Made by a program: the position numbers and the translations under genes
In this document: positions 10,336 to 19,650 of the stretch, piece after piece
How positions within the stretch are numbered: the first letter of the stretch is position 1
Layout: each line of letters begins with the position of its first letter
From: an uncultured Atribacterota bacterium
GTDB taxonomy: Bacteria > Atribacterota > Phoenicimicrobiia > Phoenicimicrobiales > Stramentimicrobiaceae
NCBI GenBank assembly: GCA_964433635.1
Contig: CAYSSG010000005.1
Coordinates: 11,295 to 75,294 of the forward strand
DNA length: 64,000 nucleotides
Reading direction: 5' to 3'
The notes under the pieces: model-generated
What the model was told of the DNA's origin: nothing
What the model saw: the letters and a program-made list of their open reading frames with translations, nothing else
Database searches by the model: none

Positions 10336-10808
10336 AAGAAATGTCTCGTATCGTTAGAACAATGACCACATTGATGTATGGTTTTATTCTTGTTTATGGT
10401 TTTTATATCATCGCGCATGGTCATTTAACCCCTGGTGGAGGTTTCCAGGGTGGTGCAATTGCTGCCTCAGCCTTTGCTCTACTGGTAGTTGCCTACGGAA
10501 ACAAGAGAGCCAAAGAATTTTTGCAGAAGGATTTTCTCGCCCTGGTTGAAAGTACCGGATTAGTTATCTTTATTACCTTAGCTTTTTTTGGTCTCGGATT
10601 TACCTTTTTTTATAATATTTTAGCAAACAGTGGCGGTTTATTCGGCAATGCGGCTGTCATTGGAATTAATCCCGGAGACCTGAATACCGGTGGGACCGTT
10701 ACTGCTATGAACATCGCAGTTGGTTTAGAGGTCATAGCAGCATTGGGGGTTGTCATTTTAGTGATGTCTGCTGCTTCAGAGATTATACAGAAGAAGGAGA
10801 ATTCATGA
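10332..10808 (+). CDS. mbhF: Mbh subunit F (MrpB-like membrane subunit)
   Basis: 158 aa polytopic membrane protein with a Gly-rich GGGFQGGAIAAS segment. Confidence 0.6.
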   Translation: MKEMSRIVRTMTTLMYGFILVYGFYIIAHGHLTPGGGFQGGAIAASAFALLVVAYGNKRAKEFLQKDFLALVESTGLVIFITLAFFGLGFTFFYNILANSGGLFGNAAVIGINPGDLNTGGTVTAMNIAVGLEVIAALGVVILVMSAASEIIQKKENS

Positions 10809-10809
10809 T

Positions 10810-11157
10810 ATGATTGGAAATTTTCCTTATATCGCTGTGGCAGTTTTAATCAGCTTAGGTATTTATACATTGATATTTAAAAAGAATCTGATTAAAATTG
10901 CCATCGGAATAACGATTATTGAGAGTGGTGTTAATTTATTTCTCATCACCCTGGGATACAGAAAGGGAGCCGTTGCGCCTATATACACACAGGCACCGGA
11001 GGGAATGAAAATGGTTTTACCAACTCCCCAGGCTTTAACCCTGACCAGTATTGTTATTGGTGTCGCAACCACTGCTCTGATACTTTCAATTGTGATGATG
11101 ATTTTCAAAAAATACGGAACACTGGATGCCGATGAAGTGAGGAGGTTAAAAGGATGA
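10810..11157 (+). CDS. mbhG: Mbh subunit G (MrpC/NuoK-like)
   Basis: 115 aa, 3 TM helices, NuoK/MrpC-like. Confidence 0.6.
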   Translation: MIGNFPYIAVAVLISLGIYTLIFKKNLIKIAIGITIIESGVNLFLITLGYRKGAVAPIYTQAPEGMKMVLPTPQALTLTSIVIGVATTALILSIVMMIFKKYGTLDADEVRRLKG

Positions 11158-12722
11158 GCAGCATTTTAGCCCATGCACCTGCCTTAGTCATAGCTTTTCC
11201 ACTATTGGCAGCATTTTTAACACCTGTTATAGGTCGCTTTAACCGTAAAGGATTGGGCTGGTTCGTATCAGTTGTACTGGGACTTACCCTGATTTTAACT
11301 TTACTCATGGCAACCCATATATTGACCGAGGGCCCGATGATTTATGTTTTTGGTGGGCGTGAAGCAGGGTTAACCCTGCCTTCCGGCTATACGGTACCAA
11401 TCCGGATTATTTTCCATATCGACGGGATGGGAATTTTTATGGGATTGATCACTGCGGTTGTCTCCTTTCTTGGCGCTATTTATTCTGTCTCTTATATGCA
11501 GGAGCATAGTGGTTTGGAAAAATATTATGCCCTTTTACTGTTGCTGGCGGCCGGGATGTTTGGCATGGAACTAACCGGAGATATTTTTAACTTTTTTGTT
11601 TTTCTGGAAATCGCCTCCGTTGCCTCCGTTGCCCTGATTGCTTTCCGGAGCCATATTTCCGGTGAACCTGCAGAAGCAGGTTTTAAATACATGGTGGTGA
11701 GCTCTATTGCTGCCTTAATGGTTTTATTTGCCGTAGGATTATTTTATGGACAGTATGATGTACTGAATATGGCTGCTATCGCCAGTGTAATGCAGTTTAC
11801 GCAACTGGATAAAATTGCCTTAATATTGCTGGTGACCGTTTTAGCAATGAAAGCCGGTTCGGTTCCCATGCATATGTGGACGCCTGATGCCTATTCGGAA
11901 GCTCCTGCGGCGATTACCATGATATTAGTTGCTGCCAGTCAAGCCAGCTTATATGCTCTTTTCAGAGTATCTTTTTCTCTGTACAATATCACCTTAAATA
12001 CTGTTGCTGTTGGCTGGATTATTATTATTCTGGGTGTTCTGTCCATGTTTATCGGCGTTACCATGGCTATTATTCAAAAAGATATAAAAAGGCTTATGGC
12101 TTATCATGCCATATCCCAGACCGGCTATATGCTGTTAGGTGTCGGGGTAGGGCTGGCTGTTCTCGGGAATCCTCAAGCATTGGAGACCTTTGGAATCAAG
12201 GCCATGGAAGGCGGTATATTTCATATTATGAACCATGCCATGTACAAGGGTTTACTGTTTTTAACTGCTGGTGCGTTATTTTATAGAACAGGCACCAGAG
12301 ACCTGAACAGGATGGGTGGATTGGCAAATAATATGTCTTACACCACGATATTCTTTATTATCGGTGCGGCAGCGATTGCAGGGATACCTCCCTTCAATGG
12401 TTTTGCCTCAAAGCTGATGATTTATGAGTCTGTCTATCGATTCAATCCACTCTTATCGATTATTGCCATGTTAGTCAGTATTTTAACGCTGGCTTCTTTT
12501 GTTAAAGTGTTTCATAGTGCTTTTTTAGGTCCTAAACTGGAGCAATATAAAGATGTGCAGGAAGTGCCAAAAACCATGGTATTTGCCATGGCAACCCTGG
12601 CCTGCATTATTGTTCTTTTCGGCTTATTCCCGGACATTATTGTGAAGAATTTAGTTCACCCTGCAGTCATGGCTTTAATCAACCAAACAAATTATACTGC
12701 AGCGATATTGGGAGGAATGTAA
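11154..12722 (+). CDS. mbhH: Mbh subunit H (MrpD/NuoL-like proton/sodium-translocating antiporter subunit)
   Basis: 522 aa polytopic protein. Resembles the complex-I NuoL/M/N antiporter family (HMWTPDAYSEAPA, LMAYHAISQTGYML). Confidence 0.8.
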   Translation: MSSILAHAPALVIAFPLLAAFLTPVIGRFNRKGLGWFVSVVLGLTLILTLLMATHILTEGPMIYVFGGREAGLTLPSGYTVPIRIIFHIDGMGIFMGLITAVVSFLGAIYSVSYMQEHSGLEKYYALLLLLAAGMFGMELTGDIFNFFVFLEIASVASVALIAFRSHISGEPAEAGFKYMVVSSIAALMVLFAVGLFYGQYDVLNMAAIASVMQFTQLDKIALILLVTVLAMKAGSVPMHMWTPDAYSEAPAAITMILVAASQASLYALFRVSFSLYNITLNTVAVGWIIIILGVLSMFIGVTMAIIQKDIKRLMAYHAISQTGYMLLGVGVGLAVLGNPQALETFGIKAMEGGIFHIMNHAMYKGLLFLTAGALFYRTGTRDLNRMGGLANNMSYTTIFFIIGAAAIAGIPPFNGFASKLMIYESVYRFNPLLSIIAMLVSILTLASFVKVFHSAFLGPKLEQYKDVQEVPKTMVFAMATLACIIVLFGLFPDIIVKNLVHPAVMALINQTNYTAAILGGM

Positions 12723-12723
12723 G

Positions 12724-13065
12724 ATGATAATTGGTTTATTGGAAACAGGCAGTGGTTATTGGAATGCGATTAGTTGGGTGATCATGGTCATTGTGGTTGG
12801 AATAGCAGTGATCTGGTTAAGAAATCACGGAGAAGACAAATATAAAAAAGATACGAACCAAACGAAACCATTTCTCTCGGGAAATCCTGAGGTTAGCAAA
12901 GAAGATTCGCATGTTGGTGCCAGTCATATCTATTGGGGGTTTACAGAGGCATTGAAACACTATTATCGGCCTTTGGTTCATCTGCACACGGGAAATATTA
13001 ATGATTACAGTGGATGGATTATACTGGTCATGGCACTTATTTTTATGATAGTAGGGGTGAGTTAA
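12724..13065 (+). CDS. mbhI: Mbh subunit I-like small membrane protein
   Basis: 113 aa with two TM helices. Position matches MbhI. Confidence 0.5.
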   Translation: MIIGLLETGSGYWNAISWVIMVIVVGIAVIWLRNHGEDKYKKDTNQTKPFLSGNPEVSKEDSHVGASHIYWGFTEALKHYYRPLVHLHTGNINDYSGWIILVMALIFMIVGVS

Positions 13066-13069
13066 ATTC

Positions 13070-13537
13070 ATGAAATTAGATAAATATTTAGATCGTTCTT
13101 TATGGGTATTCCATCTGAATACCGGTTCATGCAATGGTTGCGATATAGAAATTGTTGCCCTGTTAACACCCAGGTATGATGTAGAGAGATTTGGTATAAA
13201 ACTGGTGGGAAGTCCGAAGCATGCTGATGTATTGCTCATTACCGGTCCGGTTAACAGGAAGATGTTACCAAGGTTGAAATTGATCTATGAACAGACTCCT
13301 GACCCCAAGGCAGTTATTGTTGTGGGTACCTGTGGCACAAGTGGGGGTGTTTTTTATGATTCTTATAATATCGTAGGTCCTGCAGATCAGCATATTCCCG
13401 TTGATGTATATGTTCCCGGCTGCCCAATCAGACCTGAAGCAATTATTAACGGAGTCTTAAAGGCCTGGCTTAAACTGGAAAGATTAAGAGGTACATCCAG
13501 TGAAAAAGTAAAAGAGCCAGTTTCCACTAAAAAATGA
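13070..13537 (+). CDS. mbhJ: [NiFe] hydrogenase small subunit (NuoB-like, proximal 4Fe-4S)
   Basis: GSCNGCDIE...GTCGTSGG...PGCPIRPEAI cysteine pattern of the NuoB/group-4 small subunit. Confidence 0.9.
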   Translation: MKLDKYLDRSLWVFHLNTGSCNGCDIEIVALLTPRYDVERFGIKLVGSPKHADVLLITGPVNRKMLPRLKLIYEQTPDPKAVIVVGTCGTSGGVFYDSYNIVGPADQHIPVDVYVPGCPIRPEAIINGVLKAWLKLERLRGTSSEKVKEPVSTKK

Positions 13538-13545
13538 AGGTTTAG

Positions 13546-14070
13546 GTGAATACCATGGAATATAAGGAACCAAAAGAGTTACTATCTTTTCTGAAAGAGC
13601 ATCTGAAAGACGCTCTTTCAGATAGCCGTATCGAAACCAGAAAAGCAGGCACCAAACAGCAAGAATTCCATAATATATGGTTAGAAGTTACCAGAGAAAA
13701 GTTCAGGGATACGGTAAAATTATTAGCCAGCTTGCACTACCCGCATATTGCCATTATTTCCGGTAATGATACCGGTGAATCCATCGATTTGGTCTATTTA
13801 CTGTCTATATACTATGGAGAAAAATTTAAAGAGATTTCCGTTAATATAAAAGTCAGATTAGACAGGAAAAAACCCAGCATAGAAAGCATTACTGATATAA
13901 TTCCGGGAGCCCAGACGACGGAAAGGGAGATCAAGGAGATGTTAGGTGTGGAATTTATAGGACTTCCGGATATGCATCATATCTTTTTACCGGAAGATTT
14001 TCCAAAGAATGTTTTTCCTTTAAGGAAAAACGAAAAAGGATTGGACAAACTTGTTCAGAAGGAAAGTTGA
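13546..14070 (+). CDS. mbhK: NuoC-like subunit of group-4 hydrogenase
   Basis: 174 aa. Complex-I 30 kDa-like. GTG 13546 or ATG 13555 start. Confidence 0.7.
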   Translation: MNTMEYKEPKELLSFLKEHLKDALSDSRIETRKAGTKQQEFHNIWLEVTREKFRDTVKLLASLHYPHIAIISGNDTGESIDLVYLLSIYYGEKFKEISVNIKVRLDRKKPSIESITDIIPGAQTTEREIKEMLGVEFIGLPDMHHIFLPEDFPKNVFPLRKNEKGLDKLVQKES

Positions 14071-14081
14071 GGTGATTCAAG

Positions 14082-15305
14082 GTGAGTCAATCATCATATA
14101 AAGTACCTATCGGTCCCATTCATCCCTCGCTGGAAGAACCAATGACCTTTAATTTTGAGATAGCAGGGGAAAAGATAAAATCAATAGATTTAGCCCCGGG
14201 AGATAATCATCGCGGAATTGAATTTATGGGAAGAAATAGAAATATCATTCAGATTATCTATCTTGCAGAAAGAATTTGTGGCATCTGTTCTGCCTCTCAT
14301 CCCTATGCTTTTTGCCGGGCTGTGGAAAATGCCGCCGGTATCGAGGTACCACCCAGGGCTGAATATATCCGGGCGATTATTGCGGAACTGGAAAGAATTC
14401 ATTCTCATATCTTATGGGCTGGTGTTGCCGCCCACGAATTAGGTTTTGATTCGGTATTATTCCTCTCCTGGAAAGTACGGGAAGAAGTTCTGGATCTTCT
14501 GGAACTATTAACGGGAAATCGGATTAATTATGGAATGTATATGATTGGTGGCGTAAGGAGAGATATTTCAAATGAACAGATCCCCCGTATCAGACAGACC
14601 ATAGAATATTACAAAAATGTCTACCAGAAATTAGAAGATGTGTTTCTTGATGATCCCAGTATAGCCATCAGAACCAGAAATATTGGTGTTTTAACTTATG
14701 ATGAGGCGTTGAGTCTGTCGGGTGTGGGGCCGACCACAAGGGCATCTGGCGTAAAAAAAGACGTGAGACAGGACCAGCCTTATTCAGCTTATGCCGATAT
14801 GGATATCAAGGCCATTACGCCGGATATGTATTCGGGTAAAGTCGTTGGCGATGTATATGATCGAATTATTGTTCGCATCCTGGAAGTCAAACAGTCTGTG
14901 GAGATTCTTGAGTATTGCTTAAATCATCTACCTGAGGGAGAAATATTAACCGAAAAAAAACTTGCCAAACTTCTGGGAAGCCTGAAGAAGGCTAAAGGCG
15001 AAGGGGTCGGAAGACATGAAGCCCCCCGCGGTGAGGTTATACATTATATCAAATTAAACGAAGGAGAATATCCGGAAGTGTGGAAAGCGAGGGCGCCTAC
15101 GTATAACAATCTGATGCCCTGGATTCCTATGTTACGAAATCAGGAAGTGGCGGATATTCCCATTGTCATTGCCTCCATTGACCCCTGTATAGGCTGTATG
15201 GATCGGGTGACACTTGTTGATTCTGATTCTCATGAAAAAGAGATCTTAACCAGGGAAGAATTAAGAAAATTAAGTATTGAAAAGACCAGGAGGATGGTGC
15301 GATGA
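14082..15305 (+). CDS. mbhL: [NiFe] hydrogenase large (catalytic) subunit, NuoD-like, group 4
   Basis: N-terminal RICGICSASH and C-terminal DPCIGCMDR Ni-Fe ligand motifs. GTG start with GAGGTGA SD. Confidence 0.9.
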   Translation: MSQSSYKVPIGPIHPSLEEPMTFNFEIAGEKIKSIDLAPGDNHRGIEFMGRNRNIIQIIYLAERICGICSASHPYAFCRAVENAAGIEVPPRAEYIRAIIAELERIHSHILWAGVAAHELGFDSVLFLSWKVREEVLDLLELLTGNRINYGMYMIGGVRRDISNEQIPRIRQTIEYYKNVYQKLEDVFLDDPSIAIRTRNIGVLTYDEALSLSGVGPTTRASGVKKDVRQDQPYSAYADMDIKAITPDMYSGKVVGDVYDRIIVRILEVKQSVEILEYCLNHLPEGEILTEKKLAKLLGSLKKAKGEGVGRHEAPRGEVIHYIKLNEGEYPEVWKARAPTYNNLMPWIPMLRNQEVADIPIVIASIDPCIGCMDRVTLVDSDSHEKEILTREELRKLSIEKTRRMVR

Positions 15306-16309
15306 GTGGCGAAAGTATCTCGATTTTCATTCTAAAAATATTAATTGCATTGGTCATAGCTGCTCTGGGGATCGTCATTGGTTTATTTTATAAAGGTATT
15401 GACCGGAAACTGGCAGCGATGTTACAGTCCCGTGTAGGACCTCCCATCAGGCAACCTTTTCTGGATTTCTTTAAACTGATGGTAAAGGAAAATATCGTAC
15501 CTGAGAATGCGGTTCCCTGGATTTTTAACGGGGCACCTGTCTTAGCACTTGTTTCCACAATCACGATCTTGTTTTATATTCCCCTGGCCACTTTTCCCGC
15601 TTTGCTGGGAAACTCAGGTGATTTGATATTGATTGCTTATCTATTAGCCATACCGGCCATTGCATTAGTAGCGGGAGGTTTTTCATCCGGATCCACCTAT
15701 GCCAGCATCGGAGCCCAGAGAGAAATGGTCATGATGATGAGTTATGAGCTGCCATTGGTCACAACGATCATTGTTTTAGGGTGGCGTTTAAGCTTAGCCT
15801 ATCCCGGCTTGAATGTGTTCTCTCTGGAGGTCTTAAGTGCTAATCCGATTTGGGATTTAGTCGGTCCATTAGGTTTTATTGGTGCCTTATTTCTACTCTT
15901 TACACTGGCTATTGTGACACCGGCAGAGTTATCTATTGTACCTTTCGATATACCGGAGGCAGAGACCGAATTGGCAGGGGGTGTCTTAGTCGAGTATTCA
16001 GGTCGGAATTTAGCTCTTTTTGAATTAGCCAATGCCGTTAAGATGATTGTCATGGCTTCGCTGACTGTGGTACTCTTTTTCCCTTACAATATTTCACCCC
16101 TATTCTCTCTTGGGGGTGTTATTGCAGTTGGTTTGGATGTCCTGTTCTTTTTTGTAAAATTATTTGTCGTTATATTTTTTGAGGCAACATTGATTCGTGT
16201 TGCAGTCGCCCGTTTAAAGATAAACCAGGCTTCAGTAGCTTACTTGCTCTTTCTTTCTGCCATAGGTTTAATGGGTTTATTGTTTATAGCTATCGATTAT
16301 ATCTTATAA
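15302..16309 (+). CDS. mbhM: NuoH-like membrane subunit of hydrogenase
   Basis: 335 aa with about 8 TM helices. NuoH/HyfC/EchB-like. Confidence 0.8.
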   Translation: MSGESISIFILKILIALVIAALGIVIGLFYKGIDRKLAAMLQSRVGPPIRQPFLDFFKLMVKENIVPENAVPWIFNGAPVLALVSTITILFYIPLATFPALLGNSGDLILIAYLLAIPAIALVAGGFSSGSTYASIGAQREMVMMMSYELPLVTTIIVLGWRLSLAYPGLNVFSLEVLSANPIWDLVGPLGFIGALFLLFTLAIVTPAELSIVPFDIPEAETELAGGVLVEYSGRNLALFELANAVKMIVMASLTVVLFFPYNISPLFSLGGVIAVGLDVLFFFVKLFVVIFFEATLIRVAVARLKINQASVAYLLFLSAIGLMGLLFIAIDYIL

Positions 16310-16329
16310 ATAGAACGAGGTGATGAAAA

Positions 16330-16737
16330 ATGCCAACACCAATGGTATTTGAGTTAATCAGGCAGTTGTTTAATAAGCCGGCGACTAATTGTTTCCCGGT
16401 GAAATATTATCCCGGTAAGACTACTGTAACAGATCTTATGAAACAAGTACAGGATGGTGAAGTAAAAATTAATGCACCTGTGACAGTTCCGGAGAAATTC
16501 AGGGGTAAGATCACCTATGACCGGGATAAATGCATTGGATGTCAACTATGTATCAAGGTTTGCCCCTCTCGCGCAATTCAGTTTATTCCTGAAGAGAAGA
16601 AAATAAAGATTAGAATTGATCGGTGTATTTTTTGCTCGCAATGCAATGATATCTGTCCCGTAAGTTGCCTTCATATGTCTGAGGATTTTCTTCTGGCCAA
16701 TGAAGATCGTCTTGCTAAAGAGATGATTGTTGAATAG
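16330..16737 (+). CDS. mbhN: NuoI-like 2x[4Fe-4S] ferredoxin subunit
   Basis: Two CxxCxxCxxxCP motifs (CIGCQLCIKVCP, CIFCSQCNDICP). Confidence 0.85.
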   Translation: MPTPMVFELIRQLFNKPATNCFPVKYYPGKTTVTDLMKQVQDGEVKINAPVTVPEKFRGKITYDRDKCIGCQLCIKVCPSRAIQFIPEEKKIKIRIDRCIFCSQCNDICPVSCLHMSEDFLLANEDRLAKEMIVE

Positions 16738-16783
16738 AGAATAGAATTTTTTGATATAGTTTGAAGGAATGGTAATCACTGAT

Positions 16784-17236
16784 CTATAAACTTAAAATAT
16801 TTTCTATCTGATTTTGCTGTAACCGATCAATCAGCTTATAACATCCTTTCAATACCGGTGGGCTCATTGTCTCACCCTTTTGGAGCAATAGAGGTTGAAT
16901 GCCGACAAAGATAATCTTTTGGCAATAAGGAGTCAGGTATTCTATAAGATAATGAAGTGGCAGGGAATGAGTAGACAGTTGAAGCGAAGCAATTTTTTCC
17001 AGGGGAATGATTCGAAAATGACCGGCATCAAGATTTAGTTGGGCTGTATCGATAATAACAAGTAGTTGAGGCTTAATTTTTTCTATGATTGAGGTAACAT
17101 TTTCTGGAGCGGATTTGCCATCCAGGGAAATCCAGTGATGATGATGAAAATGTTGCGCAACAAAGGAGCCGGCCCCATCATCACATCGCAGGCAATTGCC
17201 TACCCCCAGCAGAATATTTTTAGATTCCTTTTTCAT
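16784..17236 (-). CDS. Hydrogenase maturation endopeptidase (HycI/HyaD family)
   Basis: LLGVGNCLRCDDGAGSFVAQ signature (GxGNxxxxDDGxG). Start likely ATG at 17236 (MKKESK) with a GAAGGG SD. ORF extends to 17296. Confidence 0.8.
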   Translation of the reverse strand: MKKESKNILLGVGNCLRCDDGAGSFVAQHFHHHHWISLDGKSAPENVTSIIEKIKPQLLVIIDTAQLNLDAGHFRIIPLEKIASLQLSTHSLPLHYLIEYLTPYCQKIIFVGIQPLLLQKGETMSPPVLKGCYKLIDRLQQNQIENILSL

Positions 17237-17636
17237 GAAATATTTCCCTTCTACGATGCATGTGATTTGGTTATTTCCATAATATAAGAATATCATAACA
17301 TAATTTTTAAAGAATAACGCCGATATCAGGTAGCTGAATGGGATAAAAATTTGCAGGAAAGTATAAAGAATTGTAATATGTTATTATTGAAGAGAATTTG
17401 ATCATATTTTTATCCTGTTTAAAACAAGTGAATGGGTATTTATCTGTATTGTACCAATAGGGTTAGTACATAAAATGAAACACAAAGAAGTGTCTGTTTG
17501 CTGTATACAAAATGCAACAAATAGACCGGAATGATCATCCTATCAACAAAGCATATCATTGTTAAGAAAAGTGTAAATAGATTTCAGGGGAGATAACGCC
17601 CCTCACAATACTGTTTTTAGGGGGAGGTATAGATCT

Positions 17637-18275
17637 TTGAGACGATCAAGACGGATTTATAAAAGAAAATCCAGAAGTAACCTGGAAACACTCATTATCC
17701 TGATTGGAGCCATTTTTATCTTATCCGTTGCTTTTTATATGGCCAGAGAAAAGAGTTTTCTACCTCCGGAAGAAATAGAATCGGACCAGCAGATTTTTGT
17801 TGAAGAGGAAATTGTCCAGGAAGGTGAACCGGATCAGCAGGTTATCGAAGAACTGGTTGCACAGGGAAGTCCTGTCAGCGAAAAGACGGTCATACAGGAG
17901 GCATTAGAGCAGCCTGAGCCTGCCGAAGTTACGAGGCCTTCACAGCAGGTAGAGCCGGTTGTGCAGGGTGAAGGTGCCAGAATTGAAGGTCAGGCAATTC
18001 CTGAGGTGACCAGACCCACAGAAATAGTCAGTGAGGTAGAACAGCCAACCCTTTCAGGAATTGTGTATACAATTCAAGTAGGTTATTTTTCAGTGGAAGG
18101 CAATGCCAAAGCTTTAGCCGCAGAGATAGGTAATCGTGGATTTCAAACAGCAATTGTTAAACATAATAATGCCTTTAAAGTTCAGGTTGGTGCTTATCAG
18201 GAGCGCGGGCAAGCTGAAAGAGCATCCCAGCAGTTAAAAAATATGGGTTACGAGGTTTGGATTACCCAAAGGTAA
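17637..18275 (+). CDS. SPOR-domain (peptidoglycan-binding) membrane-anchored protein
   Basis: N-terminal basic segment and TM helix, then a Pro/Glu/Gln-rich linker. C-terminal SPOR fold (YTIQVGYFSVEGNAKALAAEI...FKVQVGAYQERGQAERASQQLKNMGY). TTG start 12 nt after GGGGAGG. Confidence 0.7.
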   Translation: MRRSRRIYKRKSRSNLETLIILIGAIFILSVAFYMAREKSFLPPEEIESDQQIFVEEEIVQEGEPDQQVIEELVAQGSPVSEKTVIQEALEQPEPAEVTRPSQQVEPVVQGEGARIEGQAIPEVTRPTEIVSEVEQPTLSGIVYTIQVGYFSVEGNAKALAAEIGNRGFQTAIVKHNNAFKVQVGAYQERGQAERASQQLKNMGYEVWITQR

Positions 18276-18330
18276 CTTTGCGAATAATTATTATTGTTGT
18301 TGTTAAAATTGGAATTATATTTGAGTGTTA

Positions 18331-19047
18331 ATGAGAAAATACCATACAATTAAACATCATCGAAAGAATATACCGCAGCCTACCATCCATCGTTTGTCTT
18401 TATGTCTCAGGAGTTTGGAAACATGGATTGAAACAGAAGAAGGCAGGGAACGAGACACTATTTCTTCATCGGAAATTTCAGAGATTACAGGTATCCATTC
18501 CGATCAGATTCGTAAAGATCTTACCTATTTTGGAGAATTTGGGAAGAGAGGCATCGGGTATCCTGTTAAAGAGCTCATTACGGCATTAAAGCTTATATTA
18601 GGTTCAAGCAGGAAATGGGATATTGTGATAGCAGGTGCAGGGAATCTCGGAGAAGCCCTGGTTCGTTATAAAGGATTTCAAAAGAGAGGTTTTCATTTTA
18701 AGGCAATTTTTGATAATGAGCCATCTAAAATAGGTAAAGTATTTGCTGGTATTAAAATCAGACCTATAGGAGATATGGTAGATTACATCAGGAAAATGAA
18801 AGTCAAAGTAGGTATTATTGCTGTTCCCGCCAAGTCTGCTCAAGAGGTTACTGATTACATGATTGCCGGCGGCATTCAATCTATTTTAAATTTTGCTCCC
18901 GCTAATCTTAAATGTCCTGATGATGTCAGGATCAATTCGATTGATATTTCCATAGAACTTGAGAGACTGGTCTTTTTTTTAACTTCTGAACAAAAACAGA
19001 ATGGGAATATCAGGAAAAAATCCCTGAACTTTCCCTTAGATCTGTAA
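18331..19047 (+). CDS. rex: Redox-sensing transcriptional repressor Rex
   Basis: N-terminal winged helix (IPQPTIHRLSLCLRSL...DLTYFGEFGKRGIGYPV) and Rossmann NADH-sensing domain (IAGAGNLGEALV...IIAVPAKSAQEV...ILNFAP). ORF begins at GTG 18325; the ATG at 18331 is preferred. Confidence 0.85.
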   Translation: MRKYHTIKHHRKNIPQPTIHRLSLCLRSLETWIETEEGRERDTISSSEISEITGIHSDQIRKDLTYFGEFGKRGIGYPVKELITALKLILGSSRKWDIVIAGAGNLGEALVRYKGFQKRGFHFKAIFDNEPSKIGKVFAGIKIRPIGDMVDYIRKMKVKVGIIAVPAKSAQEVTDYMIAGGIQSILNFAPANLKCPDDVRINSIDISIELERLVFFLTSEQKQNGNIRKKSLNFPLDL

Positions 19048-19146
19048 ATCAGGTCATTTATCATCCCTATGAACGGAATAATATACAGTCAATATCAGAA
19101 GAAAAACCATGATTATTTGCGCAAGTGTTCAAAATGGCGGTGGAAG

Positions 19147-19176
19147 TTGACATGCTCTTTGGATGTATGTTAAAAT
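19147..19176 (+). promoter_or_regulatory. SigmaA-type promoter (-35 TTGACA, extended -10 TGtTAAAAT)
   Basis: TTGACA at 19147-19152, 17-18 nt spacer, TGTTAAAAT at 19168-19176. Confidence 0.55.
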
Positions 19177-19189
19177 CATCTGGAGTGTC

Positions 19190-19207
19190 TTGTGATATTT
19201 TTCACAA
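19190..19207 (+). promoter_or_regulatory. Rex operator (TTGTGA-N6-TCACAA)
   Basis: Perfect 18-bp palindrome TTGTGATATTTTTCACAA immediately downstream of the -10 element, about 95 nt upstream of the first gene of the DRTGG-to-fdh cluster. rex is encoded directly upstream. Confidence 0.75.
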
Positions 19208-19302
19208 TTTATTTAAATTATTCGTGTTCTGTAAAAATTTAACATGATAGTAATTAAAACCATATTTAATTGTACGAATGATGGGAATCATAAGAGGCTT
19301 TT

Positions 19303-19650
19303 ATGAAAATCAATGACATTGTTACCATTTTAGATGCGGAAGTATTAACCGGGGAAGATTTTCTTAATCAGGAGATTGAAGAATTTGCCGTAAGTGATCT
19401 GTTAAGTGATGTCCTTGCTCTCAGCAAGGATAATTTTTTGTTATTAACAGGCTTAACGACACAGCAGGTGGTCAGAACAGCTGAAATTGCGGGAGGAATA
19501 GGAGTTGTCTTTGTGCGCGGAAAGACTCCCGAACAGGAAGCGATCGGTTTGGCACGTTCCCATCGCATACCTCTATTAATGACCACAAAGAAGGCTTTTG
19601 AAGCCTGCAAAGCCATTGTTGAGGCATTGAATAATCAAGAGAAGATATGA
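19303..19650 (+). CDS. DRTGG-domain protein
   Basis: 115 aa with a DRTGG-type fold (LLTGLTTQQVVRTAEIAGGIGVVFVRGK). Confidence 0.65.
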   Translation: MKINDIVTILDAEVLTGEDFLNQEIEEFAVSDLLSDVLALSKDNFLLLTGLTTQQVVRTAEIAGGIGVVFVRGKTPEQEAIGLARSHRIPLLMTTKKAFEACKAIVEALNNQEKI

